In this document: one piece after another, positions 25,134 through 34,475 of the stretch
How positions within the stretch are numbered: the first letter of the stretch is position 1
How the letters are laid out: each line of letters begins with the position of its first letter
Source of the DNA: Clostridiales bacterium
GTDB taxonomy: Bacteria; Bacillota; Clostridia; Lachnospirales; JAISYE01
Direction: 5' to 3'
Length of the DNA stretch: 52,587 bases
Assembly: GCA_031297485.1 (NCBI GenBank)
Contig: JAISYE010000187.1
Coordinates: 1-52,587, forward strand
Made by a program: the position numbers and the translations under genes
Notes under the pieces: generated by a model
What the model was told of the DNA's origin: nothing
Databases searched by the model: none
Seen by the model: the letters and a program-made list of their open reading frames with translations, nothing else

Positions 25134-26534
25134 TCAACATCCGCGAGCATAAGAAATCCGCGTCCGGTCCAAATTATAGATTGCGCCATTAGATAGCATT
25201 AACAGCGCTTTCGGATACCCAATCCTGTAGAACTTCCCTGTGTTTTCAAATACTCCGGGTTCGTCGGTCAAGACACGTATCAGACTTTTATCAGTAAGCA
25301 CTTTGTCAACATAGTGCGCGTTGTCGCCCTTATATCCAATAGCCGCTTCCAAAAGGAGATGCTTCGAACACAAATCCACCTCGCAATTGTCAGCTAAATA
25401 TTTATACGAATTTCTCATAAGCACGAAACTGTTTCTGTAAAAATCCTCCGACTTAACCGCTAATTCAAATAGTTTGCCAGTCAGCGCTTTATTTGTATAA
25501 AGCTGCCCGGCCAGCTTTTCAAGATTAACCAGAAGCCGGGTATACAGTAACGGGCTGATGACACTTAATGTATAAGTCCTTAATATATTTACCAGCTCCT
25601 GCTGAGTCCGCACCCCTGACAAAAATGTAACAAGGCTGTCACTTGATTGAGTCTCCGCGGCCGTCACCTTTAAATCGACAAACAGATATCCGGAATGTAA
25701 TAAATAGGCAATTACCAGACCTAACTCCGCGAAACTAATATTAGCCACGCCAAGACTCGCGTATTTAATTAAAGACTCGGACAAATCAAAGGTCTCGGCT
25801 GTCCTACCAAATTCGCTCCGTCCAACCCTCACCTTGCCGAATTTCAGCGCGTTCACATTCTCATTTAAAGTATACGCAAAAATATCTACAACACTGCGAT
25901 ATAACGTATCAGTGAGATACACGTCCCGAATGGCATACTGTTGATTCGCCCTGGCTGCCTCGACATCTGAAAATACACTCAGCATATATTCCTCATCAAG
26001 AATAAAATCTAAACCGTTTGGCACATTATACAATCTGTAAAAATTCTGCACATCCTCTTCATCAGGCTCATAATCTGTCCCATACCGGGCAATGCGGCCG
26101 GAAAAATATAGGTATTCCTCAAAACTAAGCGGAAACAGCTCGGCCATATGCGCCCTGCCGCCGCCAAGCCGCTCCCTGCAAATCTGTTTCAGCATGCCGT
26201 AGGCCGAGCCGGTCAGCACTAATCGTTTGCCCGCTTCATCTAAATCAGTCAAAAGTGTCTCAAAATAGACATCAAAGTCAGGTAAATATCCAACCTCGTC
26301 CAGCAGAATTAATCCGCTTTCCGCCGCGAAAATACGGTTATAATCACGTTCCGGCTCCTTAGAGTCACGAAAATCTATATAATACCCGTTATGATTTGCG
26401 GCAAGCTGCTTTAAGATCGTAGTCTTACCAGTTTTCCGTAAACCAAGCAAGATAACAACCCTGAATGTTTCGAGCGCCTTCTCAATTTGGAAATACGCCT
26501 TGCGATATTTAATTTCACGCATATACGTCCCCAT
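25134..26534 (-). CDS. AAA+ ATPase, AAA_14 / DUF4143-type (COG1373-like), function unknown
   Basis: ORF track, 466 aa. Walker A is GLRKTGKTT and Walker B is LILLDEV. By eye it is noticeably more AT-rich than the flanking rsmI/asnB genes. Confidence 0.65.
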   Translation of the reverse strand: MGTYMREIKYRKAYFQIEKALETFRVVILLGLRKTGKTTILKQLAANHNGYYIDFRDSKEPERDYNRIFAAESGLILLDEVGYLPDFDVYFETLLTDLDEAGKRLVLTGSAYGMLKQICRERLGGGRAHMAELFPLSFEEYLYFSGRIARYGTDYEPDEEDVQNFYRLYNVPNGLDFILDEEYMLSVFSDVEAARANQQYAIRDVYLTDTLYRSVVDIFAYTLNENVNALKFGKVRVGRSEFGRTAETFDLSESLIKYASLGVANISFAELGLVIAYLLHSGYLFVDLKVTAAETQSSDSLVTFLSGVRTQQELVNILRTYTLSVISPLLYTRLLVNLEKLAGQLYTNKALTGKLFELAVKSEDFYRNSFVLMRNSYKYLADNCEVDLCSKHLLLEAAIGYKGDNAHYVDKVLTDKSLIRVLTDEPGVFENTGKFYRIGYPKALLMLSNGAIYNLDRTRISYARGC

Positions 26535-26554
26535 CCATTCCCTGTCAAACTCCG

Positions 26555-27442
26555 CTATGCCTTTCCCAATCCCTCTGATTCCTTAACGCCATGTACCTCG
26601 CCGTACACCGCACTTTTAGCCACGCCCCTGTCCGCCGCCGCGCGCTTTATGGCGTCCTTGCGGCTGAGGCCCTGACTTTCATACATTTCCACATGTTCCA
26701 TTACCGTTATATCCTTCCATTTTTCCCGGCTGTTTATTTCCGCCTCTTGAGCCGAGATACCCTGGACTATAATAACGTACTCGCCGCGCGGCTCGTTGGT
26801 TTCAAAATACCGCGTCAATTCCGGCAAAGAGCCGCGCCTCACTTCCTCGTGCTTCTTCGTAAGCTCGCGGACAAGGGCGGCGCGGCGCTCCCCCAGGGCG
26901 GCGCAAAGTTCCCCCAAGGTTTGGGACAGACGATGGGGGGCTTCGTAAAAAACCACGGCGCGCTGTTCGGCTCGCAGGCTGTCCACAATACGCGCGCGCT
27001 CCTTGCCCTCGCGCGGGAGAAACCCCTCAAAAATAAAGCGCCGCGCCGGCAGCCCGCAAAGGGCCAGCGCGGCCACAACAGCCGACGGCCCCGGCACGAC
27101 CGTCACATTCAGGCCGTTTTCATAGCACAGGTTCACTAAGTCCTCGCCCGGGTCGGATATGGCGGGCATGCCCGCGTCGGTTACAAGCGCCACATTCTTG
27201 CCTTCCAGCAGCAGTTTTATAACATCCTTGCCCCTGGCGCGCTTGTTATGCTCGTGATAGCTTAAAAGCACGGCGGCCGGGCGCGAGCTGTTGTTTATCC
27301 CAAAATAATTTAACAGCTTGAGCGTGCGGCGCGTGTCCTCACAGGCTATAACATCCGCTTCAGCCAAAATTCTCAGCGCCCGCGCCGATATGTCCTCTAA
27401 ATTTCCCAGCGGTGTTCCGCATACAAATAATGTCCCGCTCAT
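26555..27442 (-). CDS. rsmI: 16S rRNA (cytidine1402-2'-O)-methyltransferase
   Basis: The ORF track gives 26555..27490. I trimmed it to the ATG at 27442 (MSGTLFVCGTPLGNLEDISARALRILAEADVIACEDTRRT...), which overlaps the asnB stop as ATGA. This is the tetrapyrrole-methylase-fold RsmI signature. Confidence 0.85.
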   Translation of the reverse strand: MSGTLFVCGTPLGNLEDISARALRILAEADVIACEDTRRTLKLLNYFGINNSSRPAAVLLSYHEHNKRARGKDVIKLLLEGKNVALVTDAGMPAISDPGEDLVNLCYENGLNVTVVPGPSAVVAALALCGLPARRFIFEGFLPREGKERARIVDSLRAEQRAVVFYEAPHRLSQTLGELCAALGERRAALVRELTKKHEEVRRGSLPELTRYFETNEPRGEYVIIVQGISAQEAEINSREKWKDITVMEHVEMYESQGLSRKDAIKRAAADRGVAKSAVYGEVHGVKESEGLGKA

Positions 27443-29262
27443 GCCTTGAAAAATTCCCCATACCACACAAGAAACATATACACTGTCCAAATTTTCCGGC
27501 TGTAGTCCAGCTTGCCGGCCTTGTGAGCGTCAAGCAGCCCTATCAAGACTTCGGTGTGGAAATACTCCCGGGCCGCCGGCGACATAAACGCCTCCTTAAC
27601 CCTGGCGTAATACTTTTCCTCGCGCAGCCAAATCCGTATAGGAACAGGGAACCCCAGCTTCTTCTTTGCCGCCACCTCCGCAGGCATGTGGCGGCCAGCC
27701 GCCAGCCTGAACGCGTACTTGGTGGCCGAACGGTTTACCCTGAAATCTGTCTGAATCTTGGACGCTGTTTTAAACACTTCCATGTCGAGAAAGGGCACGC
27801 GCACCTCCAGCGAGTTCGCCATGCTCATCTTGTCCGCCTTTTGCAGAATATCGCCCACCAGCCAGAAGTTTAAGTCTATGCCCTGCATCTTTGTTATGTC
27901 GTCCCAGTCCCGCATTTGCTGATAATAAGGCTCGGTCAGGTCACTTGGGCCGTACTTGCCTGTGGGCCTCTTTAATATGGCCTCCCGCTCCGCTTTGCTG
28001 AAAATCTTGGCGTTGCCGATGAAACGTTCTTCCACAGTCTGTGCGGCACGGTTAAGGAAATTCTTGCCCCGAAAATTAAAGGGAACTGCGTTAGCCAGGC
28101 GGGCCAAAAACTTTCGCGCGCCCATTGGCAGCAGGCATACCAGCGCCAAGTCCAGCGGTTCCCTGTATATATTGTAGCCGCCGAAAAATTCGTCCGCGCC
28201 CTCGCCGGACATCGCCGCCTTTACATGCTCGGATGCCACCTGGCTTACAAAGTACAGCGCCACAGCCGAAGGGTCGGCCAAGGGTTCGTCCATATGATAC
28301 TGAATCTTGGGCAGGCTTTCCCAATACTCATCCGTGGTTATCATTTTGTTATAATTTTCTATACCGACGGTTGCGGACAGGTTCCGCGCGTACTCTATTT
28401 CGTTGTAGTTTTCGTAATCAAACCCCACAGTAAAGGTCTTGCCCCCGTTAAAGCACGCCGCCACGTAACTGGAGTCCACTCCGCTGGATAAGAACGACCC
28501 AACCTCAACATCACTTATCTTGTGCATTTCAATTGAGTCCAGCACCGCCGCGTCTATGGCGTCGGTCGTGTCCACCAGCCCCCGTTCTTCCGGCGCGAAC
28601 AATGGCTGCCAATACCTTTCCACCCGCAGGCGGCCCTCGCTGAACACCATATAATGGGCGGGCGGCAATTTATAAACCCCTTTAAAAAAGGTCTCGTCCA
28701 GCACCGAATACTGAAAGGTCAAATAATTCTCCAGCGCCAGCTCGTTGACCTCTTTTTCAAAGAACGGGCATTCCAGGAAACTCTTTATCTCCGAGGCGAA
28801 CAGCAGTCTATCACCCACACGCGAGTAATAAAACGGCTTTATACCGAAAAAGTCCCGGGCGCCAAAGAGCCGGCGGCTGCGTTTGTCGTAAATAACAAAC
28901 GCAAACATGCCTCGCAGCCTGTCCAGCATTTTTTCACCGTATTCCTCATAAAGATGTATAAGCACTTCCGTGTCCGAACGGTTGGAGAACACATGCCCCG
29001 CAGCCAGCAATTCCGCCCGCAGCGCCTGGTAGTTATATATTTCGCCGTTAAACACTATCACTACCGAGCCGTCCTCATTAAACATCGGCTGCGTTCCGTC
29101 CTCCAAATCCAAAAAACTAAGGCGCCGGAACCCCAGCGCGACATAACCGTCGCAGTATGTCCCCTCTGAATCCGGCCCGCGGTGAGCTATCCGCTCCATC
29201 ATGCCGCGGACTGTTTTTTCAGCGTCCGCCGTGCCGCCCGTAAATCCGCAAAATCCACACAT
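27439..29262 (-). CDS. asnB: Asparagine synthase (glutamine-hydrolysing)
   Basis: The ORF track gives 27439..29319. I trimmed it to the ATG at 29262 so the protein starts MCGFCGF, giving the obligatory N-terminal Cys nucleophile. AGGAGG RBS. SGGVDSS PP-loop motif (FLSSGVDSS). Confidence 0.9.
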   Translation of the reverse strand: MCGFCGFTGGTADAEKTVRGMMERIAHRGPDSEGTYCDGYVALGFRRLSFLDLEDGTQPMFNEDGSVVIVFNGEIYNYQALRAELLAAGHVFSNRSDTEVLIHLYEEYGEKMLDRLRGMFAFVIYDKRSRRLFGARDFFGIKPFYYSRVGDRLLFASEIKSFLECPFFEKEVNELALENYLTFQYSVLDETFFKGVYKLPPAHYMVFSEGRLRVERYWQPLFAPEERGLVDTTDAIDAAVLDSIEMHKISDVEVGSFLSSGVDSSYVAACFNGGKTFTVGFDYENYNEIEYARNLSATVGIENYNKMITTDEYWESLPKIQYHMDEPLADPSAVALYFVSQVASEHVKAAMSGEGADEFFGGYNIYREPLDLALVCLLPMGARKFLARLANAVPFNFRGKNFLNRAAQTVEERFIGNAKIFSKAEREAILKRPTGKYGPSDLTEPYYQQMRDWDDITKMQGIDLNFWLVGDILQKADKMSMANSLEVRVPFLDMEVFKTASKIQTDFRVNRSATKYAFRLAAGRHMPAEVAAKKKLGFPVPIRIWLREEKYYARVKEAFMSPAAREYFHTEVLIGLLDAHKAGKLDYSRKIWTVYMFLVWYGEFFKA

Positions 29263-29500
29263 TTTCATCCTCCTTGTATACTTGTGAGCCCGCCTTATGT
29301 ATAGCATATACGCGCACATACCTCAAGTATTGCCCAAAAATATTTAGCAAAACAGATATTTAGCAAAACGGGTCTTTAGAAATTTGGGTGGGTGTTCGAC
29401 ACTTGCTTTCTTGCCGCCATCCTGCTCTTATAACGCTGAACCCTAATATGCAATCTATTAGGGTCATCTGGGACCCACCCGGATGTGGATTGAAACGGCA

Positions 29501-29531
29501 AAACAAAAAAAGAGAAGATTCTATCTTCTCT
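29501..29531 (-). terminator. Rho-independent terminator downstream of secG
   Basis: Hairpin AGAGAAGAT-TCT-ATCTTCTCT (29511-29531), followed on the minus strand by TTTTTTTGTTTTG. Confidence 0.65.
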
Positions 29532-29543
29532 TAAAAAATCAAT

Positions 29544-29608
29544 GTCAACAGGTTAAACGGGCGAACTGCGTTCGTCCGTGTCAACTCGAAAATCCTTAAC
29601 CTGTTGAC
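29544..29608 (-). other. Long stem-loop immediately after the secG stop
   Basis: A 13-bp outer stem GTCAACAGGTTAA (29544-29556) / TTAACCTGTTGAC (29596-29608) encloses an inner hairpin ACGGGCGAAC-TGC-GTTCGTCCGT. The AACGGGCGAACTG motif recurs at ~45851. Confidence 0.6.
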
Positions 29609-29621
29609 ATCGCTTAAAAAA

Positions 29622-29864
29622 TTACTTAATTATGCAAAGCGCCAGCGAAAGAATAAAAAACAGGACGCCGCCTACCTTTGTATATTTCTCCAAGACGCCT
29701 TCCAACGAGCGGCCTTTGTTTCTGTCCCAATAAGTCTGCGAACCGCCCATGCCGGACAAACCGCCCAGCCCTGCCGAGCGCTTCTTTTGCATTAATATAA
29801 TTGTGACAAGCGCAAGAGTGCATATTATAAAAAGAATGGACAGAATAATAAATAATACGCTCAT
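29622..29864 (-). CDS. secG: Preprotein translocase subunit SecG
   Basis: The ORF track gives 29622..29897. I trimmed it to the ATG at 29864 (MSVLFIILSILFIICTLALVTIILMQKKRSAGLGGLSGMGG...), which has a GGAGGG RBS. It has two TM helices around a Gly-rich loop, typical of SecG. Confidence 0.85.
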   Translation of the reverse strand: MSVLFIILSILFIICTLALVTIILMQKKRSAGLGGLSGMGGSQTYWDRNKGRSLEGVLEKYTKVGGVLFFILSLALCIIK

Positions 29865-29950
29865 AACATAACCCTCCACCTTAGTATTTAGTCTCAAGCC
29901 ATTCTACCATATAGATCAAAAGCGCGCAATAAAATTTTTATTCCGCGCTT

Positions 29951-30241
29951 TTGAAATTTATGCCCATTCAAAGTATATTAAATTACTTTGTATTGAATAT
30001 CACGTCAAAGTCAGAAGTTTCTATCGAATTTACCTATAGTTTTGTGGACCGTAACTACTATTGCTGGACTATACAAATTATAGACGCAAGCGGTGGAAAC
30101 TTACTGAAACAAAACATCAATTGTCCTGACGTAAAAACAAACACAGACAAAGAAGCATTTGAAGCTGGAACTTATTACGTGAGAGTGTCAGCATTATCTG
30201 GCTATCATCAAACCAACGGCTACACCGTTATCGTCCACTAA
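29951..30241 (+). CDS. Hypothetical 96-aa protein, pre-peptidase C-terminal (PPC)-like beta-sandwich fragment
   Basis: ORF track, TTG start. It is markedly AT-rich relative to its neighbours. The tail FEAGTYYVRVSALSGYHQTNGYTVIVH resembles the end of PPC domains. It is probably a remnant. Confidence 0.3.
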   Translation: MKFMPIQSILNYFVLNITSKSEVSIEFTYSFVDRNYYCWTIQIIDASGGNLLKQNINCPDVKTNTDKEAFEAGTYYVRVSALSGYHQTNGYTVIVH

Positions 30242-30342
30242 TTACCTTTTCGGATTCGTTTAATCAGGCAGACGCTCCCTACGAGGGTGCCTGCCGCCTG
30301 CGCAAACTCATCCCCCGAACGTTGAAATTTTCCGTAAGTAAC

Positions 30343-30379
30343 GGGCGAACCAACGGACAAATCACCGTTAGGTTCGCCC
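30343..30379. repeat. Hairpin module GGGCGAACCAACGGACAAATCACCGTTAGGTTCGCCC (copy 2)
   Basis: Near-identical to 1258-1295. The downstream similarity continues (GTCCGCACT..CGCG). Confidence 0.85.
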
Positions 30380-30443
30380 CCTACAACGCTTGTCCGCACT
30401 AACGCGCAACCACGATTACAGTGCTCCCTGGGTAGGGGCACAC

Positions 30444-31268
30444 TTAAAACACACTCCCTGTCTTCACAACCTTCTCAAGCAAATCCCCGCGGTAGTCGCT
30501 CCGGGCGGGGTCAAAGCTGTTCAGCACGACCCCGCCGGCGCTTGGGCTGGCCGTGGAATGTATAAACATGCCGCCGCCCAGGTACATAGCCACATGACCT
30601 TTGAAAAATATCAGGTCCCCCGGCTTTTTTTCATCAAAGGGAATCTCGCGCATGTCAAAGCCTTCCCGCAACTCGGCGTCCCGATAAATAGTATACCCGT
30701 TAAGGAAGTAGGAAGTGCCGGTCAGCCCGCTGCAGTCAATGCCCAAGGGCGAACGCCCGCCCCACCGGTATTGCACGCCCATATAGGTTTTTGCCGCCCG
30801 TATAATAGCCGCCCGCCCCGCCGCCTCATCTTGCGCCGGCGCAGTAATCTGCGGCTCCGCGCAGGGCTTCCGGATGTACCCACGGCGCCCGTCCGCCAGG
30901 CCAACCTGTATATACCCGTCCTCAAGGATTTCTTCGGATTCCAGCCGTTCCAGCAGCCCGCCCCGGGTCAGGCACGCGATTGTCTGGTCCTGAACGCGCG
31001 GCCCGCGCTTAACATCCAGGTACGGCGCCCATACCGTCCACTTGGGCGCCGCGGACCATGCCTCCACTTTGCCGTTGCCCTCAAGCAGCGGGGCCAGCAG
31101 CGTGTACCCCTCATACCGGTATTGGGTCCGCACCCGCGCAAACCCGCCTTCAGCCTCGCTCAAAATCTCCAAAACAGCGCCGTACAGCGCCTCGTCCGCC
31201 AGTTCCGATGACTCGGAAGGCTGGACGTACAGCGGCGTAATGTCTCGCACACAAATTGCCAGCCGCAT
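30444..31268 (-). CDS. NlpC/P60 (C40) peptidase with SH3-like N-terminal domains, YkfC-like gamma-D-Glu-L-diamino acid endopeptidase candidate
   Basis: The ORF track gives 30444..31313. I trimmed it to the ATG at 31268 (MRLAICVRDITPLY...), which has a GGGAGGA RBS. The catalytic segment is YRWGGRSPLGIDCSGLT and the His region is GDLIFFKGHVAMYLG. Confidence 0.8.
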   Translation of the reverse strand: MRLAICVRDITPLYVQPSESSELADEALYGAVLEILSEAEGGFARVRTQYRYEGYTLLAPLLEGNGKVEAWSAAPKWTVWAPYLDVKRGPRVQDQTIACLTRGGLLERLESEEILEDGYIQVGLADGRRGYIRKPCAEPQITAPAQDEAAGRAAIIRAAKTYMGVQYRWGGRSPLGIDCSGLTGTSYFLNGYTIYRDAELREGFDMREIPFDEKKPGDLIFFKGHVAMYLGGGMFIHSTASPSAGGVVLNSFDPARSDYRGDLLEKVVKTGSVF

Positions 31269-31332
31269 AAAACATCCTCCCGTCAATTCTCGCGCTCGGA
31301 ATTTTCTCCGCAAAGAACGCGGCGAAAACAGG

Positions 31333-32133
31333 CTAACCGCGCCGCGTAAAACAATCGCACACCATTCGGGCGACGCGCCCTATAAGACGCGGGCTGCCCT
31401 CCGCCGCGCCGCTGTGTTCCACAAACACGCCCACATAAACATCCCCGGCTTCAAAGGAAAATACGCCCGCGTCATGGGAAACGCCCTCCAGCCCGCCGGT
31501 CTTGTGCGCGATAGGAATAGACTCCCAAATATAACGTCTGAACTTCTCGCCGTCGCGCACCCTTCGCAGTATGTCAATGGCTTCACCGCGCAGCCGCGGC
31601 GTCAGAATATCGCCCGCAAACAGCCGCTCGAACAGCAGAAACATATCTTCCGGCGACGTGGTATTGTCGCGCCCTGCCGCCCGAGCCTCAAAATCCAGCA
31701 TCTTACGCCTCAGCGCGGTTTGACGCATTCCCAGCTTGGCGCAATAGCCGTTTACCGCGTCCATGCCCAGCGCGTCAATCAGCACGTTGGTAGCGGTATT
31801 GTCAGACACGGTAATCATCCACACGGCCAGCTCTCGCAAAGCCGCCGCCCGCGGGCCATGCTCGAAAGGGACGCTGTCCGGCAGGATATCCGCCTGCCGC
31901 ACTTGCAGGGTGTCCTCCAGCGAAAGCCGCCCCAGCCGCGCGTATTCCAGCAGGGTAAGCAAAACCGCCGCCTTAATCACCGACGCCGACGTAAACCGGC
32001 GCCCGGCCGCCACGGACACAAAGGGAGCCTTATCGCCGATACGCTGACACAGCACGCCCGCCTCGCCGCTTTCGGCCGCAATCAGCGAAAGGATTTCCTT
32101 ATTCATCGCATTTATTATATCATCCATATTCAC
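31333..32133 (-). CDS. Serine hydrolase with class A beta-lactamase fold
   Basis: ORF track, 266 aa, with SxxK (SVIK), SDN (VSDN) and KTG (HKTGG) motifs. The GTG at 32133 is the track start. The ATG at 32127 has better spacing to GTGAG. Confidence 0.75.
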   Translation of the reverse strand: MNMDDIINAMNKEILSLIAAESGEAGVLCQRIGDKAPFVSVAAGRRFTSASVIKAAVLLTLLEYARLGRLSLEDTLQVRQADILPDSVPFEHGPRAAALRELAVWMITVSDNTATNVLIDALGMDAVNGYCAKLGMRQTALRRKMLDFEARAAGRDNTTSPEDMFLLFERLFAGDILTPRLRGEAIDILRRVRDGEKFRRYIWESIPIAHKTGGLEGVSHDAGVFSFEAGDVYVGVFVEHSGAAEGSPRLIGRVARMVCDCFTRRG

Positions 32134-32136
32134 AGC

Positions 32137-34107
32137 TCACTTGTACATATCAGAATATTCTTCAAACTCAGCGTCGCTGCAGCGCACAAAGTGGCGGGGT
32201 TCCACCTCGCGCCAGGACGGCTGGCCGCTCGCGTAATCGTGCATACCTGGGTCGTATGTAATCAAGGTTTTACCACGTTCCAGCGCAGGGTCAGGCTGCG
32301 GAACAGCCGACAGCAGCGAGCGGGTGTATGGGTGCATTGGCCGCGTAAACAGGGTCTCCGTATCCGCCAGTTCCACCATGACGCCTCGGTAAAGGGCGGC
32401 TATGCGGTCGCAGATATACCGCATAACAGACAGGTCGTGACTGATAAATAAGTAGGACAGCCCTTTCTCCCGCTGGAGCCGGCTCATGAGGTTAAGCACC
32501 TGCGCGCGGATAGATACGTCCAGGGAAGAAATCGGCTCGTCCGCCACAATAAACTCTGGGGACATAATCATGGCCCGGGCGATACCTATGCGCTGACGCT
32601 GCCCGCCGGAAAACTCATGGGGGAAGCGGTCGGCAAAATCCGCCCGCAAACCTACCTCCGCCAGGGCCGCCCGCACTTCCTCACCCATGTCAATATCCCT
32701 GCCGCCCAAATTGAAGCGCCCCTCCGCCACAATAGCCTCCACCTTGGCGCGTTCGTTCAGGCTGGACATCGGGTCCTGGAAAATCATCTGGATCGCCCGG
32801 GTAAGCCGCATATCCTCCGCCTTGCTTATCTTGCCGCTTATCTGCCTGCCTTTGAAAAACACCGCTCCGGCGGAAGGTTCATAAATACGCAGAATCGCCC
32901 GGCCCAGGGTAGTTTTTCCTGAACCGGATTCCCCTACGACCCCAAAGGTCTCGCCCTTATAAATCTGGAAGCTCACATCCTTAACAGCGTCCAGCCGATA
33001 GTTGCCTTTGACGAAACTGACCGTCAGGTTCCGGACTTCCAGAATAACCTCTTGTTCGGCGCACGGCGGAGCGGTAATTCCGCCTGTTTGGGAGGCTCTG
33101 GGCTTCGGGCCGTCCGCTTCTGAACGCGACCAAGACTCTGCCCTCGGGTCCAAGCGCCATGTACGGGCCATGTGCGTCGGGGTGACCTGGAACATTGGCG
33201 GCTTAGTGACGAAATCAATTTTAAGCGCGCGGGGGTTGCGCAGGGCAAAGGCGTCGCCCTTAATTTCCACCGCCGGATTGGGCGGCGAGCCTTCAATAAA
33301 AAACAGGTCCTCGCCCTTGGCGGACAGCTGGGGCATACTGCGCAGCAGCGCCCAGGTGTACGGGTGCTGGGGCCGGTAAAATACGTCCTCCGCCCCGCCG
33401 ATTTCCACAAAGTCCCCGGCATACATTACGGCGATGCGGTCCGCTATGTTGGCCACAACGCCCAGGTCGTGGGTAATATAGATGGTCGTCAGGTTATACT
33501 TGCCCCGCAGCTGTTTAAGCAGGTCCAGTATTTGGGCCTGAATAGTAACGTCAATAGCGGTAGTCGGCTCGTCGCATATGAGGATTTTAGGCCGGCAGGC
33601 AATGGCGATGGCAATGACCACACGCTGGCGCATACCGCCCGAAAATTCGTGGGGGTACTGGCGGAAGCGCCGTTCCGGTTCGGAAACGCCCACGTCGCGC
33701 AAATAACCGATGGCAGCCTCACGCGCGGCTTTGCCGGAAAGGTTCTGGTGCAGGCTGATAGCCTCCACAATCTGCTTGCCTATGGAAAGCAGCGGGTTGA
33801 GGCTTGTCATAGGGTCCTGCATGACAATGGCGATTTCGCGGCCCCGTATGGCGCGCCAATTGGTTTGCGGGTCCGCCAGGTCGCGCCCTTCGTACAAGAT
33901 TTCGCCGCCGGTAACGCGGCCGTTATTGTCCAGGAGCCCCATTAATGACTTGCAAAACACGCTTTTCCCCGAGCCGGACTCGCCCACTATGGCCAGGGTC
34001 TCGCCCCGGGCCAGGTCAACGGACACGTCGCGCACCACCCGCAAGTATTGGCCCCGCAGGCTGAACCCCACGTTTAAGTTTTTAACAGACAATATAATAT
34101 CATTCAT
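32137..34107 (-). CDS. Fused double ATP-binding protein of a Dpp/Opp-type peptide ABC importer
   Basis: ORF track, 656 aa. It has two Walker A sites (GESGSGKS, GESGSGKT), two signature motifs (FSGGMRQR, FSGGQRQR) and oligopeptide-type C-terminal extensions. Confidence 0.9.
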   Translation of the reverse strand: MNDIILSVKNLNVGFSLRGQYLRVVRDVSVDLARGETLAIVGESGSGKSVFCKSLMGLLDNNGRVTGGEILYEGRDLADPQTNWRAIRGREIAIVMQDPMTSLNPLLSIGKQIVEAISLHQNLSGKAAREAAIGYLRDVGVSEPERRFRQYPHEFSGGMRQRVVIAIAIACRPKILICDEPTTAIDVTIQAQILDLLKQLRGKYNLTTIYITHDLGVVANIADRIAVMYAGDFVEIGGAEDVFYRPQHPYTWALLRSMPQLSAKGEDLFFIEGSPPNPAVEIKGDAFALRNPRALKIDFVTKPPMFQVTPTHMARTWRLDPRAESWSRSEADGPKPRASQTGGITAPPCAEQEVILEVRNLTVSFVKGNYRLDAVKDVSFQIYKGETFGVVGESGSGKTTLGRAILRIYEPSAGAVFFKGRQISGKISKAEDMRLTRAIQMIFQDPMSSLNERAKVEAIVAEGRFNLGGRDIDMGEEVRAALAEVGLRADFADRFPHEFSGGQRQRIGIARAMIMSPEFIVADEPISSLDVSIRAQVLNLMSRLQREKGLSYLFISHDLSVMRYICDRIAALYRGVMVELADTETLFTRPMHPYTRSLLSAVPQPDPALERGKTLITYDPGMHDYASGQPSWREVEPRHFVRCSDAEFEEYSDMYK

Positions 34108-34142
34108 TATTTATCCCTTTGTTTGTTTTAATCCGCACAATA

Positions 34143-34475
34143 AGCACCATGGGCGCGAACTTAAGGCTTGGGTAAGGTCAAAAGATTAAGACCTTGGGGG
34201 GGGGGCGCCCAAACCCCCGCAAGGGACTTCGCCCCTTGACCCGTCTTAAGGGCGGCTAGTGCAGCATTTTTATGCGGAATACAACTTTCTAATAAAATGG
34301 ATTGCTTATTTTTTTCTTATACTCGCGAACGTTGAGATTTGCCACATTGAAACCACCGCGCTTCACGCACTTAAGAAGGGGTCTGGGGACGAGTCCCCAG
34401 CGAGGTTTGGGGCAGAGCCCCAAGGTCTTAGGTCTTTGGCAAATGTATTTGTTCACGAGTATAAGTTTGCGGCTA
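34143..34475. repeat. Composite mosaic repeat (copy B5) lying inside the peptide-importer operon
   Basis: It fills most of the 379-bp gap between the permease stop (34487) and the ATPase start (34107). The inverted arms are GGTCAAAAGATTAAGACCTTGGGGG (34166-) and GGGCAGAGCCCCAAGGTCTTAGGTC (34409-). It also carries the GCACTTAAGAAGGGGTCTGG and TATACTCGCGAACGTTGAGATTTGCC modules. Confidence 0.85.

Noticed and set aside
29380-29485. T-box leader or tRNA-like gene upstream of asnB (GGGTGG and GTGTTCGACAC motifs)
   Set aside because: The GGGTGG lies on the strand opposite to asnB. No specifier/antiterminator/terminator arrangement precedes the start. The region cannot be folded into a cloverleaf with a 7-nt T-loop and proper acceptor stem. 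It is kept only as an unclassified structured region.
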